Below the pieces are notes generated by a model. It did no database searches. It worked only from the letters and a program-made list of their open reading frames with translations, and had not been told where the DNA came from. Shown in pieces: positions 25,542 through 39,829 of a DNA stretch of 64,000 bases. Every line of letters begins with the position of its first letter. Position 1 is the first letter of the stretch. The DNA is taken from contig NC_091998.1 in the NCBI RefSeq assembly GCF_044704955.1, forward strand, positions 18,662,001 through 18,726,000. Reading direction: 5' to 3'. The position numbers and the translations under genes are program-made. Source of the stretch: Pristiophorus japonicus (taxonomy: Eukaryota).

Positions 25542-28500
25542 TGTCATGTATGTACATGCTGTTTGTAGCCACCAGATGGTGTCATTGCTGGAGGCCACTG
25601 AGCAGCACGCACATGGTGCTGCTCTGGTATAAAAGGCCAGTCATTTTGTGAGTCAGACACTTTGGGCCAGAATAAAGCAGAAGCAAAGGTTGTACCTTGC
25701 TTAGTTAAACAGTACTTTATTGTATACATAACATTTGGCGACGAGAAAACAAGAAACTTTATTTGCAAAATGAGCACCATTAGATTTTTAGAGCGATTCG
25801 TGGAGGGAGAAGATTGGGCAGACTTTATGAGCCATTTGAACCAGTACTTCGTGGCCAACAAAATGAAGGGGGTTGACGATGCAGATCGGCGCCGGGCCGT
25901 GTTCCTCACTGTGTGCGGTTCAAAGATCTACGGTCTGATAAAGAATCGACTCATGCCTAGTGATCCAACAGAGAAAACGTACAAGGAGTTGTGTACATTG
26001 GTATGGGAGCACCTTAAGCCAGACAACGGCATCATCATCTCGAGATACAAGTTTTATACACATGTTCGATCGGAGAGCCAGAGCGCGGTGGAATTCGTTG
26101 CTGACCTGGGACGTCTAGTGGGACCGTGAAAGTTTGGGACAGGGTTGGCAGACATGCTGCGGGACTTCTTTGTTATCGGTATCAACCATGAGGTGATCCT
26201 GCACAAACTTCTGGCGGTGAAGGAGTTGGATTTAAAAAGGACCATCCAGATCGCTCAATGTATGATGACGGACAGGAGTCTAAAGCAAATGTCGGTGAAG
26301 AACCGAACCGAACCTCGGCAAGTACTGTAAATGCGATTGATTCGGCGTTCAGCAGAGCGGCACATGGCAGGGCCCATCCGGCTGTGTTCGCGAAACCTGT
26401 GGCTGCCCAAAGTCCACCAGCGGGAATGTATCCGACTTCTCCGTGTTGGCGTTGTGGGAGAAATTATCGGTACCAGCAGTGCCGATTTAAGCAAAATAGT
26501 TGCAAAGGCTGTCTGAGAGTGGGGGCAGCTCCAGCGCAAGTGTCTGCAGATGAGCAAGCAAGCTGTGACGCACCATATGGCGGATGAGAGTCAGACTAGC
26601 GCGGATCCAGATACGCAATCCAAGATGCCAGAGGAGGAAGTGTATGGGCTGTACTCCTTCATAACCAAGAGTAAACCAATTTTGATTAATGTGAAGTTTA
26701 ACGGGATACCGGTATCGATAGAACTGGACACGGGCGAGTCAATCGATCATGAATGAGAGGGCATTTAATAAGCTGTGGGATATTCAGACTGCGAGGCCCA
26801 GGCTGAGCCCTGTTAACACCAAGCTGTGCACGTACACCAAAGAACTGATAAAGGTGATTGGCAGTGCACAAATTAACGTGTCGTATAACGGTGCGGTTCA
26901 CAAGTTACCGCTGTGGATTGCTCCAGGCAATGGCTCAACGCTGCTCAGCAGGAGCTGGTTGGAGAAAATCAGATGCGACTGGAATGACATAAAGGCGTTG
27001 TCGTCAGAGGAAGATACATGTGCCCAAGTATTGAGAAAGTTCCCCTCGCTGTTCGGACTGGGTATCGGCAACTTCATGCGAGCCAAGGTGCAGATCCATG
27101 TGGACTCAGATGCAAGATCCGTCCATCATAAAGCTCGGGCAGTGCCGTATATGATGAGGGAGAAGGTCAAAATTGAACTGGACAGACTCCAGCGTGAAAG
27201 GATCATATCACCGGTCAAATTTAATGAATGGGCAGCCCCATTGTTCTTGTGCTGAAAAGTGATGGCACAGTCAGAATCTGTGGAGACTACAAGGCTACGA
27301 TCAGCAGGGTTTCGAAACAAGATCAGTACTCGTTACCGAAGGCTGATGACTTGTTTGCGACGCTAGCCGGAGGGAAGTCGTTCACAAAACTGAACTTGAC
27401 GTCGGCCTATATGATGCAGGAGTTGGTCAAGATGTCGAAGAGTCTTACGTGCATTAACACGCACAAAGGACTGTTTATTTACCACAAGTGCCCGTTTGGA
27501 ATTCGCTCGGTTGCAGCAATATTCCAGAGGAATATAGAAAGTCTACTGAAGTCCGATCCCAGAACCGTTGTGTTCCAAGATGACATCCTGATCACCAGTT
27601 GTGATTCCAAGGAACATCTGAACAACCTGGAAGAGGTTTTACTGCGTTTGGACAGAATGGGACTCAGACTTAAACGCTCGAAGTGTGTCTTCATGGCACC
27701 GGAGGTCGAATTCCTCGTGAGGAAAATCGCCGCTGATGGCCTCAGACCTACTGACATGAAAACCAAAGCCATCAAGAATGCACCCAAGCCGCAGAACATG
27801 ACGGAGCTGCATTCATTCCTGGGTCTACTCAACTGCTTTGCTAACTTCCTACCTAAATTGAGCATCTTACTTGAACCACTGCACATACTATTGAGAAAAG
27901 GCCACAACTGGGTGTGGGGCACATCGCAAGACAGAGCTTTCGAGAAAGCCATCAATCTGCTTTGCTCGAGAAAGCCATCGATCTGCTTTGCTCGAACAAG
28001 CTGCTGGTATATTATGACCCATGTAAACATTTAGTTTTGGTCTGTGATGCATCGTCATATGGAATTGGTTGCGTACTCCAACAAGCCAATGAATCAGGGA
28101 AACTTCAACCTGTCGCGTATGCATCCAAAAGTTTATCTAAAGCAGGAAGAGCCTACAGTATGGTAGAAAAAGAAGCTTTAGTGTGTGTACGGTGCTAAAA
28201 AGATGCATCAACACCCGTTCGGTCTGAGGTTCGAATTAGAGACCGATCACAAGCCGCTCATTTCGTTGATTTCTGAGAGCAAAGGTATCAATACCAACGC
28301 CTCATCCCGCATCCAAAGGTGGGTGCTGACATTATCTGCCTATGATTATGTCATTCGCCACAAACCTGGCACAGAGAATTGTGCCGATGCTTTGAGCCGG
28401 TTGCGGTTACCCAGACCAGAGGTGGAAACGCCACAACCGGCAGATTTAATGTTAATCATGGATGTTTTTGAGAGTGAAGGTACCCCTTTCATGGCTCAAC

Positions 28501-31500
28501 AAATTAAGACCTGGACCAACCAGGACCCGATATTATCGGTGGTAAAGGGTTGCATCCTCAAAGGGGATTGTCTGCCGTACCGAAGCAAATATACAAGGAG
28601 GCCAAACCATACATTCGTCGCAAGGACGAACTGTCTATTCAAGCAGATTGCATATTGTGGGGCAATAGTGTTGTAATGTCTAAGAAAGGGAGACAGAAGT
28701 TTGTGCATGAGTTACACAGCACACATCCTGGTATAGTGATGATGAAGGCCATCGGCAGGTCCCACGTATGGTGGCCAAAAATTGATTCTGAGCTGGAAGC
28801 ATGCGTACATCAGTGCAACACCTGCATGCAGCTCAGCAAAGCAGCAGCGGAATCGACACTGAGTCTGTGGTCATGGCCATCCAAACCTTGGTCCAGGAAC
28901 CATGTAGATTTTGCAGGTCCCTTCCTGGGCAAGATGTTTTTAGTGGTGGTGGATGCTTATTCGAAGTGGTAGAATGCATAATCATGTCATCCAGTACGTC
29001 CACGCAACAATAGAGAATCTCAATGTCATGTCTGCCTGACATAGCAGTGAGCGACAATAGGTCGTGCTTCACCAGTCAGGAGTTTCAGGAGTCTGTAAAA
29101 CTTAATGGCATAAAACATGTAAGGTCAGCACCGTTCAAGCCTGCGTCCAACGGGCAAGCAGAACATGCAGAACAAATTATCAAGCAACGCATGAGGAGAG
29201 TAACTCAAGGGTCGCTGCAGACCTGCTTGTCTTGCATACTGCTGAGTTGCAGGACAAGACCCCACACACTCACAGGGGTCTCGCCTGCTGAACTCATGAA
29301 TGAAAAGAGGTCTTAAGACCAAGTTATCTCTTGTACACCAGGATTTAAGTAATCATGTTGACTACAGAAGACGGAGTCAACAAGGGAACCACAATCATGC
29401 AACTGTGTCATGCCAGATTTCTGTTAATAGAAACATAGAAAATAGGTGCAGGAGTAGACCATTCGGCCCTTCGAGCCTGCACCACCATTCAATAAGATCA
29501 TGGCTGATCATTCACCTCAGAACCCCTTTCTTGCTTTCTCTCCATACCCATTGATCCCTTTAGCCGTAAGGGCCATATCTAACTCCCTCTTGAATATATC
29601 CAATGATCTGACATCAACAACTCTCTGCGGTAGGGGATTCTACAGGTTAACAACTCTCTGAGTGAGGAGGTTTCTCCTCCTCTCGGTCCTAAATAGCTTA
29701 CCCCATATCCTTAGATTGTGTACCCTGGTTCTGGACTTCCCAACATCGGAAACATTCTTCCTGCATCTAACTTGTCCAATCCCATCAGAATTTTATATCT
29801 TTCTATGAGATCCCCTCTCATCCTTCTAAACTCCAGTGAATGCAGGCCCAGAAGATCCAGTCTCTCCTCATATGTCAGTCCAACCATCCCAGGAATCAGT
29901 CTGGCGAACCTTCGCTGCACTCCCTCAATAGCAAGAACGTCCTTCCTCAGATTAGGAAACCAAAACTGAACACAATATTCCAGGTAATATTGCAGTAAGA
30001 CCTCCCTGCTCCTATACTCAAATCCCCTAGCTATGAAGGTCAACAAACCATTTGCCTTCTTCACCTGCATGCCAACTTTCAATGACTGATTTACCATGAC
30101 ACCCAGCTCTCGTTGTACCTCCCCTTTTCCTGATCTGCCTCCATTCAGATAATATTCTGCCTTCATGTTTTTGCCAACAAAGTGGATAACCTCACATTTA
30201 TTCACAATATACTGCACCTGCCGTGCATTTGCCCACTCACCTAACCTGTCCAAGTCACCCTGCAGCCTCTTAGCATCCCCCTCACAGCTCACAACAACAC
30301 CCAGCTTAGTGTCATCTGAAAACTTGAGATATTACACTCAATTCCTTCAACTAAATCATTAATGTATATTGTAAATAGCTGGGGTCCCAGCACTGAGCCC
30401 TGCAGCACCCCACTAGTCACTGCCTGCCATTCTGAAAAGGACCCGTTTATCCCGACTCTCTGCTTCCTGTCTGCCAACGAGTTCTCTATTCACGTCAGTA
30501 CATTACCCCCAATACCATGTGCTTTAATTTTGCACACCAATCTCTTGTGTGGGACCTTATCAAAAACCTTTTGAAAGTCCAAATACACCACATCCACTGG
30601 TTCTCCCTTGTCCACTCTACTAGTTACATCCTCAAAAAATTCTAGAAGATTTGTCAAGCATGATTTCCCTTTCATAAATCCATGCTGACTTGGACTGATC
30701 CTGTCACTGCTTTCCAAATGCGCTGCTATTTCATCTTTAATAATTGATTCCAACATTTTCCCCACTACTGATGTCAGGTTAACCGGTCTATAATTCCCTG
30801 TTTTCTTTCTTTCGCCTTTTTTAAAAAGTGGTGTTACATTAGCTACCCTCCAGTCCATAGGAACTGATCCAGAATTGATAAACTGTTGGAAAATGATCAC
30901 CAATGCATCCACTATTTTTAAGGCCACTTCCTTAAGTACTCTGGATACAGACTATCAGGATCTGGGGATTTATCGGCCTTCAATCCCATCAATTTCCCTC
31001 CTAATAAGGATTTCCTTCAGTTCCTCCTTCTCACTAGACCCTCGGTCCCCTAGTATTTCCGGAGGGTTATTTGTGTCTTCCTTCATGAAGACAGAACCAA
31101 AGTATTTGTTCAACTGGTCTGCCTTTCTTTGTTCCCCATTATAAATTCACCTGAATCTGACTGCAAGGGACCTAATCTTCACTAATCTTTTTCTCTTCAC
31201 ATATCTATAGAAGCTTTTGCAGTCAGTTTTTATGTTCCCGGCGAGCATCCTCTCATACTTTAATTTTCCCCTCATAATTAGATCCTTTGTCCTCCTCTGC
31301 TGAATTCAAAATTTTTCCCAGTCCTCAGGTTTGTTGCTTTTTCTGGCCAATTTATATGCCTCTTCCTTGGTTTTAACACTATCCTTAATTTCCCTTGTTA
31401 GCCATGGATGAGCCACCTTCCCCGTTTTATTTTTACTCCAGACAGGGATGTACAATTGTTGAAGTTCATCCATGTGATCTTTAAATGTTTGCCATTGACT

Positions 31501-33276
31501 ATCCACTGTCAACCCTTTAAGTATCATTTGCCAGCCTATTCTAGCCAATTCATGTCTCATACCATCGAAGTTACCTTTCCTTAAGTTCAGGACCCTAGTC
31601 TCTGAATTAACTGTGTCACTCTCCATCTTAATAAAGAACTCTACCATATTCACCTAGCACAACAAGATTGCTAATTAGTCCTCTCTCATTACACATCACC
31701 CAGTCTAGGCTGGCCAGCCCTCTAGTTGGTTCCTCGACATATTGATTTAGAAAACCATCCCTAATACACTCCAGGAAATCCTCCTCCACCGTATTGTTAC
31801 CAGTTTGGTTAGCCCAATCTATTTGTAGATTAAAGTTGCCCATGATAACTGCTGTACCTTTATTGCTTGCATCCTTAATTTCTTGTTTGATGCTGTCCCC
31901 AACCTCACAGACCTACTGTTCGGTGGTCTGTACACAACTCCCACTCGCGTTTTCTGTCCTTTGGTATTCCGCAGCTCCACCCATACAGATTCCACATCAT
32001 CCAAGCTAATGTCCTTCCTTATTATTGCGTTAATTTCCTCTTTAACCAGCAATGTTACCCCACCTCCTTTTCCTTCCTGTCTATCCTTCCTGAATGTTGA
32101 ATACCCCTGGTTGTTGAGTTCCCAGTCTTGATCACCCTGGAGCCATGTCTCTGTGATGCCAATTATATCATATTCATTAATTGCTGCCTGTGCAGTTATG
32201 CAATTAATTCATCACCTTATTAAGAATACTCCTCACATTGAGGCACAGAACCTTCAGGCTTGTCTTTTTAACACACTTTGCCCCTTTAGAATTTTGCTGT
32301 AATGTGGCCCTTTTTGATTTTTGCCTTGGGTTTTTCTGTCCTCCACTTTTACTTTTCTTCTTTCTATCTTTTGCTTCTGCCCCCATTCTACTTCCCTCTG
32401 TCTCCCTGCATAGGTTCCCATCCCCCTGCCATATTAGTTTAACCCCTCCCCAACAGCACTAGCAAACACTACCCCTAGGACATTGATTATGGTCCTGCCC
32501 AGGTACAGACCATCCGGTTTGTACTGGTCCCACCTCCCCCAGAACCGGTTCCAATGTCCCAGGAATTTGAAGCCCTCCCTTCTGCACCACTCCTCAAGTC
32601 ACGTATTCATCTGAGCTATCTTGTATATGTGTTGAATTATGGTCAGGATCCCAAATGGATCGCTGGTACCGTCATGGCTAAGGAGGGCAACAGAGTATTT
32701 GTTATTAAGCTCAAGAATGGGCAAACTTGCAGGAAACACATGGATCAAACAAAGCTGAGGACCACAGATGAGCCAGAGCAGTCGGACGAAGAAACCATCG
32801 ACGACCAACCAACCTACCAACAGCCTTCAGAGGACTCAAGGGTCATCAGTGAACCCGGAATTTCCATCACAGACTTGCTCAATAAAAATGGACTTGCAAT
32901 TCCTGACATGGTCACTGCCTCCTCCAACAAGTCAGCCATCCAGCCACCAGCCACAACAGACTCCGCACAGTCACCCAAGGCCGGAATCGAACTGAGACGG
33001 TCAACCCGGGAGCGTAAAGCACCGGGCCGTCTCAACCTGTGAAAGATTGTGATAAGATCTGAGAGGAGGATATTGTCATGCATGTACATGCTGTTTGTAG
33101 CCACCAGATGGCGTCATTGTTGGAGGCCATTGAACAGCACTCACATGGTGCTGCTCTGGTATAAAAGGCCAGCCATTTTGTGAGTCAGACACTTTAGGCC
33201 AGAATAAAGCAGAAGCAAGGTTGTACCTTGCTTAGTTAAACAGTACTCAGTTTGAACCTTTATTGCCTACATAACA
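25542..33276 (+). mobile_element. Full-span Gypsy (Mag-type) provirus, decayed, with a nested CR1
   Basis: LTRs 25542-25733 and 33074-33276; TSD attcc/atttc; PBS tggcgacgag; PPT gagaggagga; gag, protease (ELDTG), RT (FQDD), RNase H (CDASSYG, TDHKPL) and integrase fragments. Confidence 0.93.
29428..32616 (-). mobile_element. Long CR1 LINE inserted in the Gypsy integrase region
   Basis: End of the ORF1 esterase, ORF2 endonuclease (LKVLCLNVRSILNK), RT (YLDFQKVFDKVPH, GVLQGSVLGPQLF) and 3' tail; the Gypsy frame resumes as VYVLNYG at about 32620. Confidence 0.92.
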
Positions 33277-33309
33277 ATTTCTTTACAGGCTGTATTTCTC
33301 TGTTTCTGT

Positions 33310-34664
33310 GGGCCCAAGTTTCCATATGATTTGCGCCTGATTTTTAGGAGCAACTGGTGGAGAACGGACTATCTTAGAAATCGCAATTCTTCACATTTCT
33401 TTTTCTGCAGTTCTACTTTGGAACAGAATTTTTTCTTCAAAAGGGGGCCTGTCCGGCCACTGACGCCTAATTTGAAAGTTTCCACAGTGAAAACGTACTC
33501 CAAACTAAAGTAGAATGGAGCAAGTGAAGATTTTTGTAGAACTGAAAAAACCTGTTCTACACATTAAAAAATCAGGCGCAGGTTACAAATTAGGCGTCCA
33601 GAACGAGGTGGGGGGGAGGGGAAGGGAAGTCATTAAATTCTATAATAAATCCTTATTTATACTTATACAAATATTATACAAATAAATCCAACCTGAATAA
33701 ACATTTATAAGCAAAGAAAAGATTAAATAAACCATCTTCCTACCTGTGTGAAAGTGCTTCAGGCAGGCCTTTCGGGACCGAAGGCTGAACGGGCCGTCCC
33801 GAGACTTCGGGCAGGGCTCGTCCCCAGCACCAGATTTACAGGTAGGTGGTGTTGGGTTGGGTCGGGTCGGGGAGGTTTGGTTCGGTTCGGTTCGGGTCGG
33901 GGGGGGGGAGGGGGGAGGGGAGAGAGAGAGGGGGGAGAGGGGGGGGGGAGAGGGGGGGTGGGAGAGAGAGAGAGAGGGGGGGAGGGAGAGAGAGAGAGGG
34001 GGAGAGGGGGTGAGGTCGGATCCAGTCCGGGAGCGGGAGTCGGGTCGGGTCCAGTGGGGGGGGGGGGTCGGGTCGGGGGGCGGGAGCGCGGGTCGGGTTG
34101 GGTCCAGTCGGGGGGGCAGGGAGCGGGAACAGGAGCGCGGGTCGGTCGGGTCAGTCGGGGGGGGGGGGTGCGTGGGTGTCGGGTCTGGTCTGGAGGCAGG
34201 GGGGGGGGGCGGGGAGCGGGTGTCAGGTCTTGTCTGGTCCGGAGGCAGTGGGAAGCGGGTGTCGGGTCTGGTCCGGAGGCAGGGGGTGGGGGGGAGCGAG
34301 TGTCTGGTCGGGGGGGGGGGAGCAGGAGCTGGCCGTGGGAGGAGCCTTATCCACGCAGCCCCAGTGAGGCCATTCGGCCAGGGCTAGGGGCTGCGTGCTT
34401 CGGGCCCCTCCCACACAGTTCGGCGCCTGGAGCTACTGCACTTGCGTGCCCACTGTAGCGCACATGTGCAGAGGTCCCGGCACTGTTTTCAGCGCAGGGA
34501 CCTGGCTCCACCCCCCTACAGCTCGTGCTGGCTGCGCCGAGGGCCAGAGGACCTGCAAGTAGGTGGAGAATACCGAGGATTTTTTTAGGCGCACTTTGTG
34601 GCGCGAAAAACGGGCGCCCAGCTCGGAGGGGCGCCCGTTTTTTTTCTTGTGGAAACTTGGGCCC
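33310..34664. mobile_element. Non-autonomous PIF/Harbinger-like DNA transposon (1355 bp)
   Basis: Perfect 15-bp TIR gggcccaagtttcca / tggaaacttgggccc; 3-bp TSD tgt; G-rich low-complexity core. Confidence 0.85.
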
Positions 34665-37600
34665 TGTAGACTGTTCTTTTACATGTTTTGAACAAAAATG
34701 ATTGTATAAACAAGGACAGGAACTGGAAAGGGTGCTCAAATCAGTTTGAGAGATCATGGGTCTTTCTCTTACCACAATTCAGTTGTAAATCTGTCGTGCA
34801 AACTCTCCACCCGATACATTACTGCCCATGAGCAGAAAGATACAAGGCACTCAGCTTTCCTATTGATACGTACCCTTGATGGTAAGGCCAAATGGTTAGG
34901 CTGTTGAATATTTTTGTTCTCAAACTGTGGATATTTACCGCTTGGTCTTTTGGATTTTTCATTCTGAGTAAACATTCTAAGATTGAGATATACTTGGCCT
35001 TCAATGTCTGATCCCATCTGGTTATTGGTCCAGGTAGAAATTGCTTCACTCCAGCTCCAGTACATTGCCCCCTCTAGGAGGCTCTAACCCCTTCAGAAAT
35101 TGCTATCTTCTGATTACTAGCTATCTGTGGTGTCTGATCACTTATCTTTATCCCTGGATAAAATGTGTAATCTGTTATTGATGAACACATGGTCCTAGTT
35201 CATCCTGAGGTTCAATATTATTCTCTGAGCTAAAAAAAAGGCTAAAAGTTAATTGCTGGCAACTTTCCCATTTAAACTTCATTTCTTCCTCTAACATTAC
35301 CTAACAGGGCCACGATAGCTGAGTTTAGTGAATAAATCTGTCCCGAAATGATATTACTGTTACTGGATACTCTTTCTCTCTCTCTCGATCTTCTTGAAGA
35401 AGAATAGAGAGTTTTCCTGGTGATGTTGGTTGAGCCCTGACATCAAAAATTCTTAGATAAATTCACCAAATATAAAATCTATAGTGAATACAAGCATTTA
35501 TTTTTAGCATCGCCAATGCATGACAATGGAGGGATATGGCTTTCATTCCCCCTATCCCCACCTCCTTCTGAGCTCATGCTGCACAGAGAGGTATTGATAG
35601 AGAACAGCACCACCCCCTCCCCATCCCGCAATCCTTACACAGAATCAAGGGGCACAAGAAGGAAGCCCCTGCCAGGTTGTTCTTGTGTGCGTTCTGGTCA
35701 AGATCCGCATTGGTGGCTGTTCAGGAGTGATCGGTGCTGAGAAAAAGTGGCATAAGGACATTATGGGTCATGATTCGATATGACCTCAGTTTCTTAAATG
35801 ATAAGGGGATCAGGGGTTAGGGGGAGGAGGCGGGGAAGTGGAGCTGAGTCCATGATCAGATCAACCATGATCTTATTGAATGGTGGAGCAGGCTCGAGGG
35901 GCCGTATGGCCTACTCCTGCTCCTATTTCTTATGTTCTTATGGCACAACCTCAAAAAAGCTTTTTCTTTAGGAGGGAGTTTTTTAACAAATGGTAAGAAC
36001 TGCACTTAATCAGACAACTGGACTTTTTAAAAAGAAACATATGATGGGTTGGACATTAATGATCTGCAACACAGAGTGATGGGAAATGGATTAGAGGCTA
36101 TGAGTCACTACCTGAAGATTAGCCTGTCCGAGCCTTATCATCATGTGGGTGTAATGATTGGAGACAATCTCGTTGCTTCCCCACAGGGTGTGAGAGTGAC
36201 TTGCCCGGGGCTGCTGCTTTATACATCCCCTGGAGTGAGTTTCAGAATAGGCCAGGATCAATTAGGCCTGCCTTCCCTCATGGGTCTGGATGGTGCCCAG
36301 TGCACAGACATCGTTAGCAACAGAAAGGGGAGAAAAGAGAATGGTCACAAAAGTGTGAGTTCCATCTTCACAATAAAAGCCGAAAATAACGTGTGAAGGG
36401 GTCAGTTTATGTCCTACTGCACATTGTGTGGTAAGTGTTATGTCACCAGAGGGACACTTGTCCAGGTTTTTAATTGATTTTGGTTATTAACAAAAATACT
36501 TGTACAACATTTTTATTTGCACTTTTATAAGTCTACAAAGACTCATTAACACTTTGTCAGTTATCTAACTCTATCAAATCTGACTCTCAGAGGGGGAGTG
36601 ACTAGTCACTGAAAATAACATAAGAACAGGAGTTGGCCATTCAGCCCCTCGAGCTTGTTGTGTCATTCTATTCGATCAGGGCTGATCCGCACATCAGCTC
36701 AATTTCCCCGTCTTTGTTCCATATCACTTGATACTCTTACCTAACAACCACCTATCAATCTCAGTCTTTGGTTCACTCAGCATCACCAGCCTTTTGGGGG
36801 ACAGTGTTCCAGATTTCCACTGTCCTTTGTGTGAATAAATGTTCCTGATTTCACTCCTAAGTAGCCTAGCTCTAATGTTGAGATTATGCCACCTTGTTCC
36901 GATCTCCTCCACCAGAGGAAAGAGTTTCTCTGTATCTGGCCCGATAAATGACAGCATGTTCTCACCACACAGAGATGTCACTCTCCATTGACACATGGTT
37001 CATCCACCTTGAGCCAAAGCCACGCAACAATAGTCATTTTTAGAAATATTTTCAAAATGTTGTTTACGCATTGTGTCTTACTGGGATGGAGGAGGGTCCA
37101 AATCCAGGAACTCCGTCTGATTCCCTTGAGCCTAGTGGAAAAATCTGCATTGAGTCCCTTTATAGAATCAGAGAATGGTTACAGCATGGAAGGAGGCCAT
37201 TGGGCCCATGAAGCCCGTGCCTGCTCTCTGCAAGAGCACCTCAGCCAGTCCCACTCCCCCGCCCTTTCCCCGTATCCCTGAAAATGTTTTTCTTTCAGGT
37301 ACTTATCCAACTCCCTTTGGAAAGCCGCAATTGAGTCTTTGGCTCACCACTCCCTCTAAATTTTTTTCTTTTATGATTTTCTCTCATTTCCCTCTTTCTC
37401 AGTTACTCACACCCACAGACCGGAGAAGTGGTCACAGGGGTACGAGATACTCCATCATGACTGCCATTGCTGCCCTGTCATTGGATAGCAGTAACAGTAA
37501 TTAAAGCAGGATGAGATGGAATCCTTTTGTCTTATCCTTTCACCACTGTGGAGATCAGTGAGGCCATTAACCTATGTCCTTATGTCCAGACCTCCTCCTC

Positions 37601-38034
37601 AGCAGGACTCTGCCAGTAATTAATGGGCCAAACTATAAATATCAGATTATTCAGTGCATGTAGCCTTTATTATAAAGAACACGTTAATTGTGAGGTTCAT
37701 GGCACAGACATTTGATGTTGAATGTATGTTTTGCTACCCAAGGGACTGTCTCTTGTTGGACTTGGCATAGCCAATAGTTAAAGTGGCTCCAGAAGCAGAT
37801 AGTAATCCCCTTGAAGGAACACAGCAAATGAAATCTGGGCAGGTTCTTACTGTAACAGAATATTGACGTAGCCACAAATAATTTCAGAAAAAAGCAAAGC
37901 CACATTAATGATTGAATGGTGAATTTGTGCTGTGTTTCACAACAGTGTAACTTCACTGAAATTTCAGAGAAGCACCCCCAAACTTCTTTTTTTCTCACAT
38001 CACCCCTCCTGAGGGGTACTCTGTTCCACTCCAG

Positions 38035-38630
38035 ACATTTGAGTCGAGGCTGACTCTCCAGTGGAGTACTGCTGCATTGCCGGAGGTGCCGTCTTTTGGA
38101 AGAAACGTTAAACCGAGGCCCTGTCTACCCTCTCAGGTGGACATAAAAGATTTCATGACACTATTCGTAGGGGAGTTGTCCCTGTGTGCTGGCCAATATT
38201 TATCCCTCAATCAACATTTAAAACAGTTTATCTGGTCATTTATCTCAGTGTTGTTTGTGGGAGCTTGTAGTGCACAAATTAGCTGCTTTGTTTCTTACAG
38301 TACAACATGTCAACTGGAGCCATCCTGGTTAACCCTTGCCACTGGACCAAGACCTAGCTCTGTCAAGCCCGTGTGGTGGCTGGTGTGCAAAGACCACCCC
38401 ACGTTAAAAAAATCCACGCACAGGCATCTTCCACCCTTGAGGATGTAGTTCGGGTCCTTCTTTGAAACACCTGTGAATTCATCCTTTTTTGGCATAGAAG
38501 CAAGTCATCCTTGTTTCGAGGGATCACCTATGATGATGATGACAACATGTCTACACTTCAGAAGATATTTAATTAGCTGTAAAGCGCTTTGGGACATCCT
38601 GAGATTTTGAAAGGCGCTATATAAATGTAC
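38035..38630 (+). mobile_element. tRNA-derived SINE interrupted by an RTE-tailed short element (38312-38541)
   Basis: The insert is flanked by the TSD acaacatgtc (38302-38311 and 38542-38551). Confidence 0.75.
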
Positions 38631-39404
38631 GCCTTTTTTGCTCTGAAAGAGTCTCGGTATTGCACCAAATTATGGACACCCCTGTACCAGGATTGGTGTG
38701 CTCCCTGGGTTTGGTGATTTTAGTTGGTGCTGTGGTGAGAGCCCTATAACTGGCTTCTATTTATTACGTGTGCAACCTGAGAAGCCAGATCAGAGATGCA
38801 GCAAGTGTAATTGTAGCCAATTGCAGTATCCCCACCCTGACTTTAATTACCACATGCATAAAAATAAACCTGCTGTAAGAAACCTATGCTTATTTCTCCA
38901 GGCCTTTCTGTTGAGTAAGGTTTGAGCAACACTTCAAAACTTGTCAAAGTATAACGTGTGGAAACTACACCCGTTATTTGTTTGCGACTAATGTTTACCA
39001 GACTGAATATTTTGCTTACTTTAATCATTTTCTTTGGCAAGTGTACCTAGTCATGAACTTAAGATGGTTAAATGAATATTAGTCATTGAGACGTGGGAGT
39101 AACGTCATTCTCTGACCAAAGCTGCCTACACGTGCTTTTGCTCTGTTTTTTTGGTGGTATCTCAGGACTTTAACATCTACATTACTTCAATCAATTAGCA
39201 TCTGTTGACACCCCAGATTACATCAGGACATCGATGCAGGGATTGAAATGTAAATCTGCATTCTAATTTTCTGTGATAGTTTACCAAAGCACCGAATCAG
39301 GAGCTGCCAGCACTTACTGACAACGTACTTTCATTTGCTGTTGTGGGACATGCTGGGCACACATTGGCTGTCACGTTCAACCATGTAGCAACTAGTGTCT
39401 CAAA

Positions 39405-39684
39405 TGGGCCAGCCCACACTGCGATACGTGTGCGCACTAGGTCCGTGCAGCAGAGAAAGTCTCCAGTCGTCCTGGTTAACCCTCGCCATTGGATAAAGAC
39501 CTAGCTCTGTCGAGCCCGTGTGGTGGCTGGTGTGCAACGGTCACCACACGTTAAAAAAATCCAGGCACAGGCATCTTCCACCCCTTCAACTGGAGTTCAG
39601 GACTGGAACATCGGGTCCTTCATTGAAACATCTGTGAACTCTTGTGGAAGCAAGTCATCCTCGATTGAGGGACTGCCTACGATG
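39405..39684 (+). mobile_element. Non-autonomous RTE-tailed short element
   Basis: Homologous to 15951-16240. Confidence 0.7.
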
Positions 39685-39829
39685 AGTGTCTCAAAAGGTT
39701 ACTCATTGGCTGTAAAGCACTTTGAGGTGTGATAATAATGATCAGCCTTTGGCCAAAGTTGGTCAAATCAACCACATTCAGCTTTCTAGCCACAAGCACC
39801 TGTTCCATTAGACACAACTTGTGGAATGT

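Noticed and set aside
27942-27993. 26-bp tandem duplication in Gypsy pol as a programmed frameshift
   Set aside because: It is absent from the two related elements in the window, so it is ordinary decay.
33748-34458. Gly/Arg-rich ORFs
   Set aside because: They translate G-rich low-complexity sequence inside a TIR element.
34769-35065. 98-aa ORF ending at a GTAAG donor, as a coding extension of DUSP13B
   Set aside because: No recognisable homology, and splicing to the 25514 acceptor would create TGA just before the ATG. At most a UTR exon or uORF.
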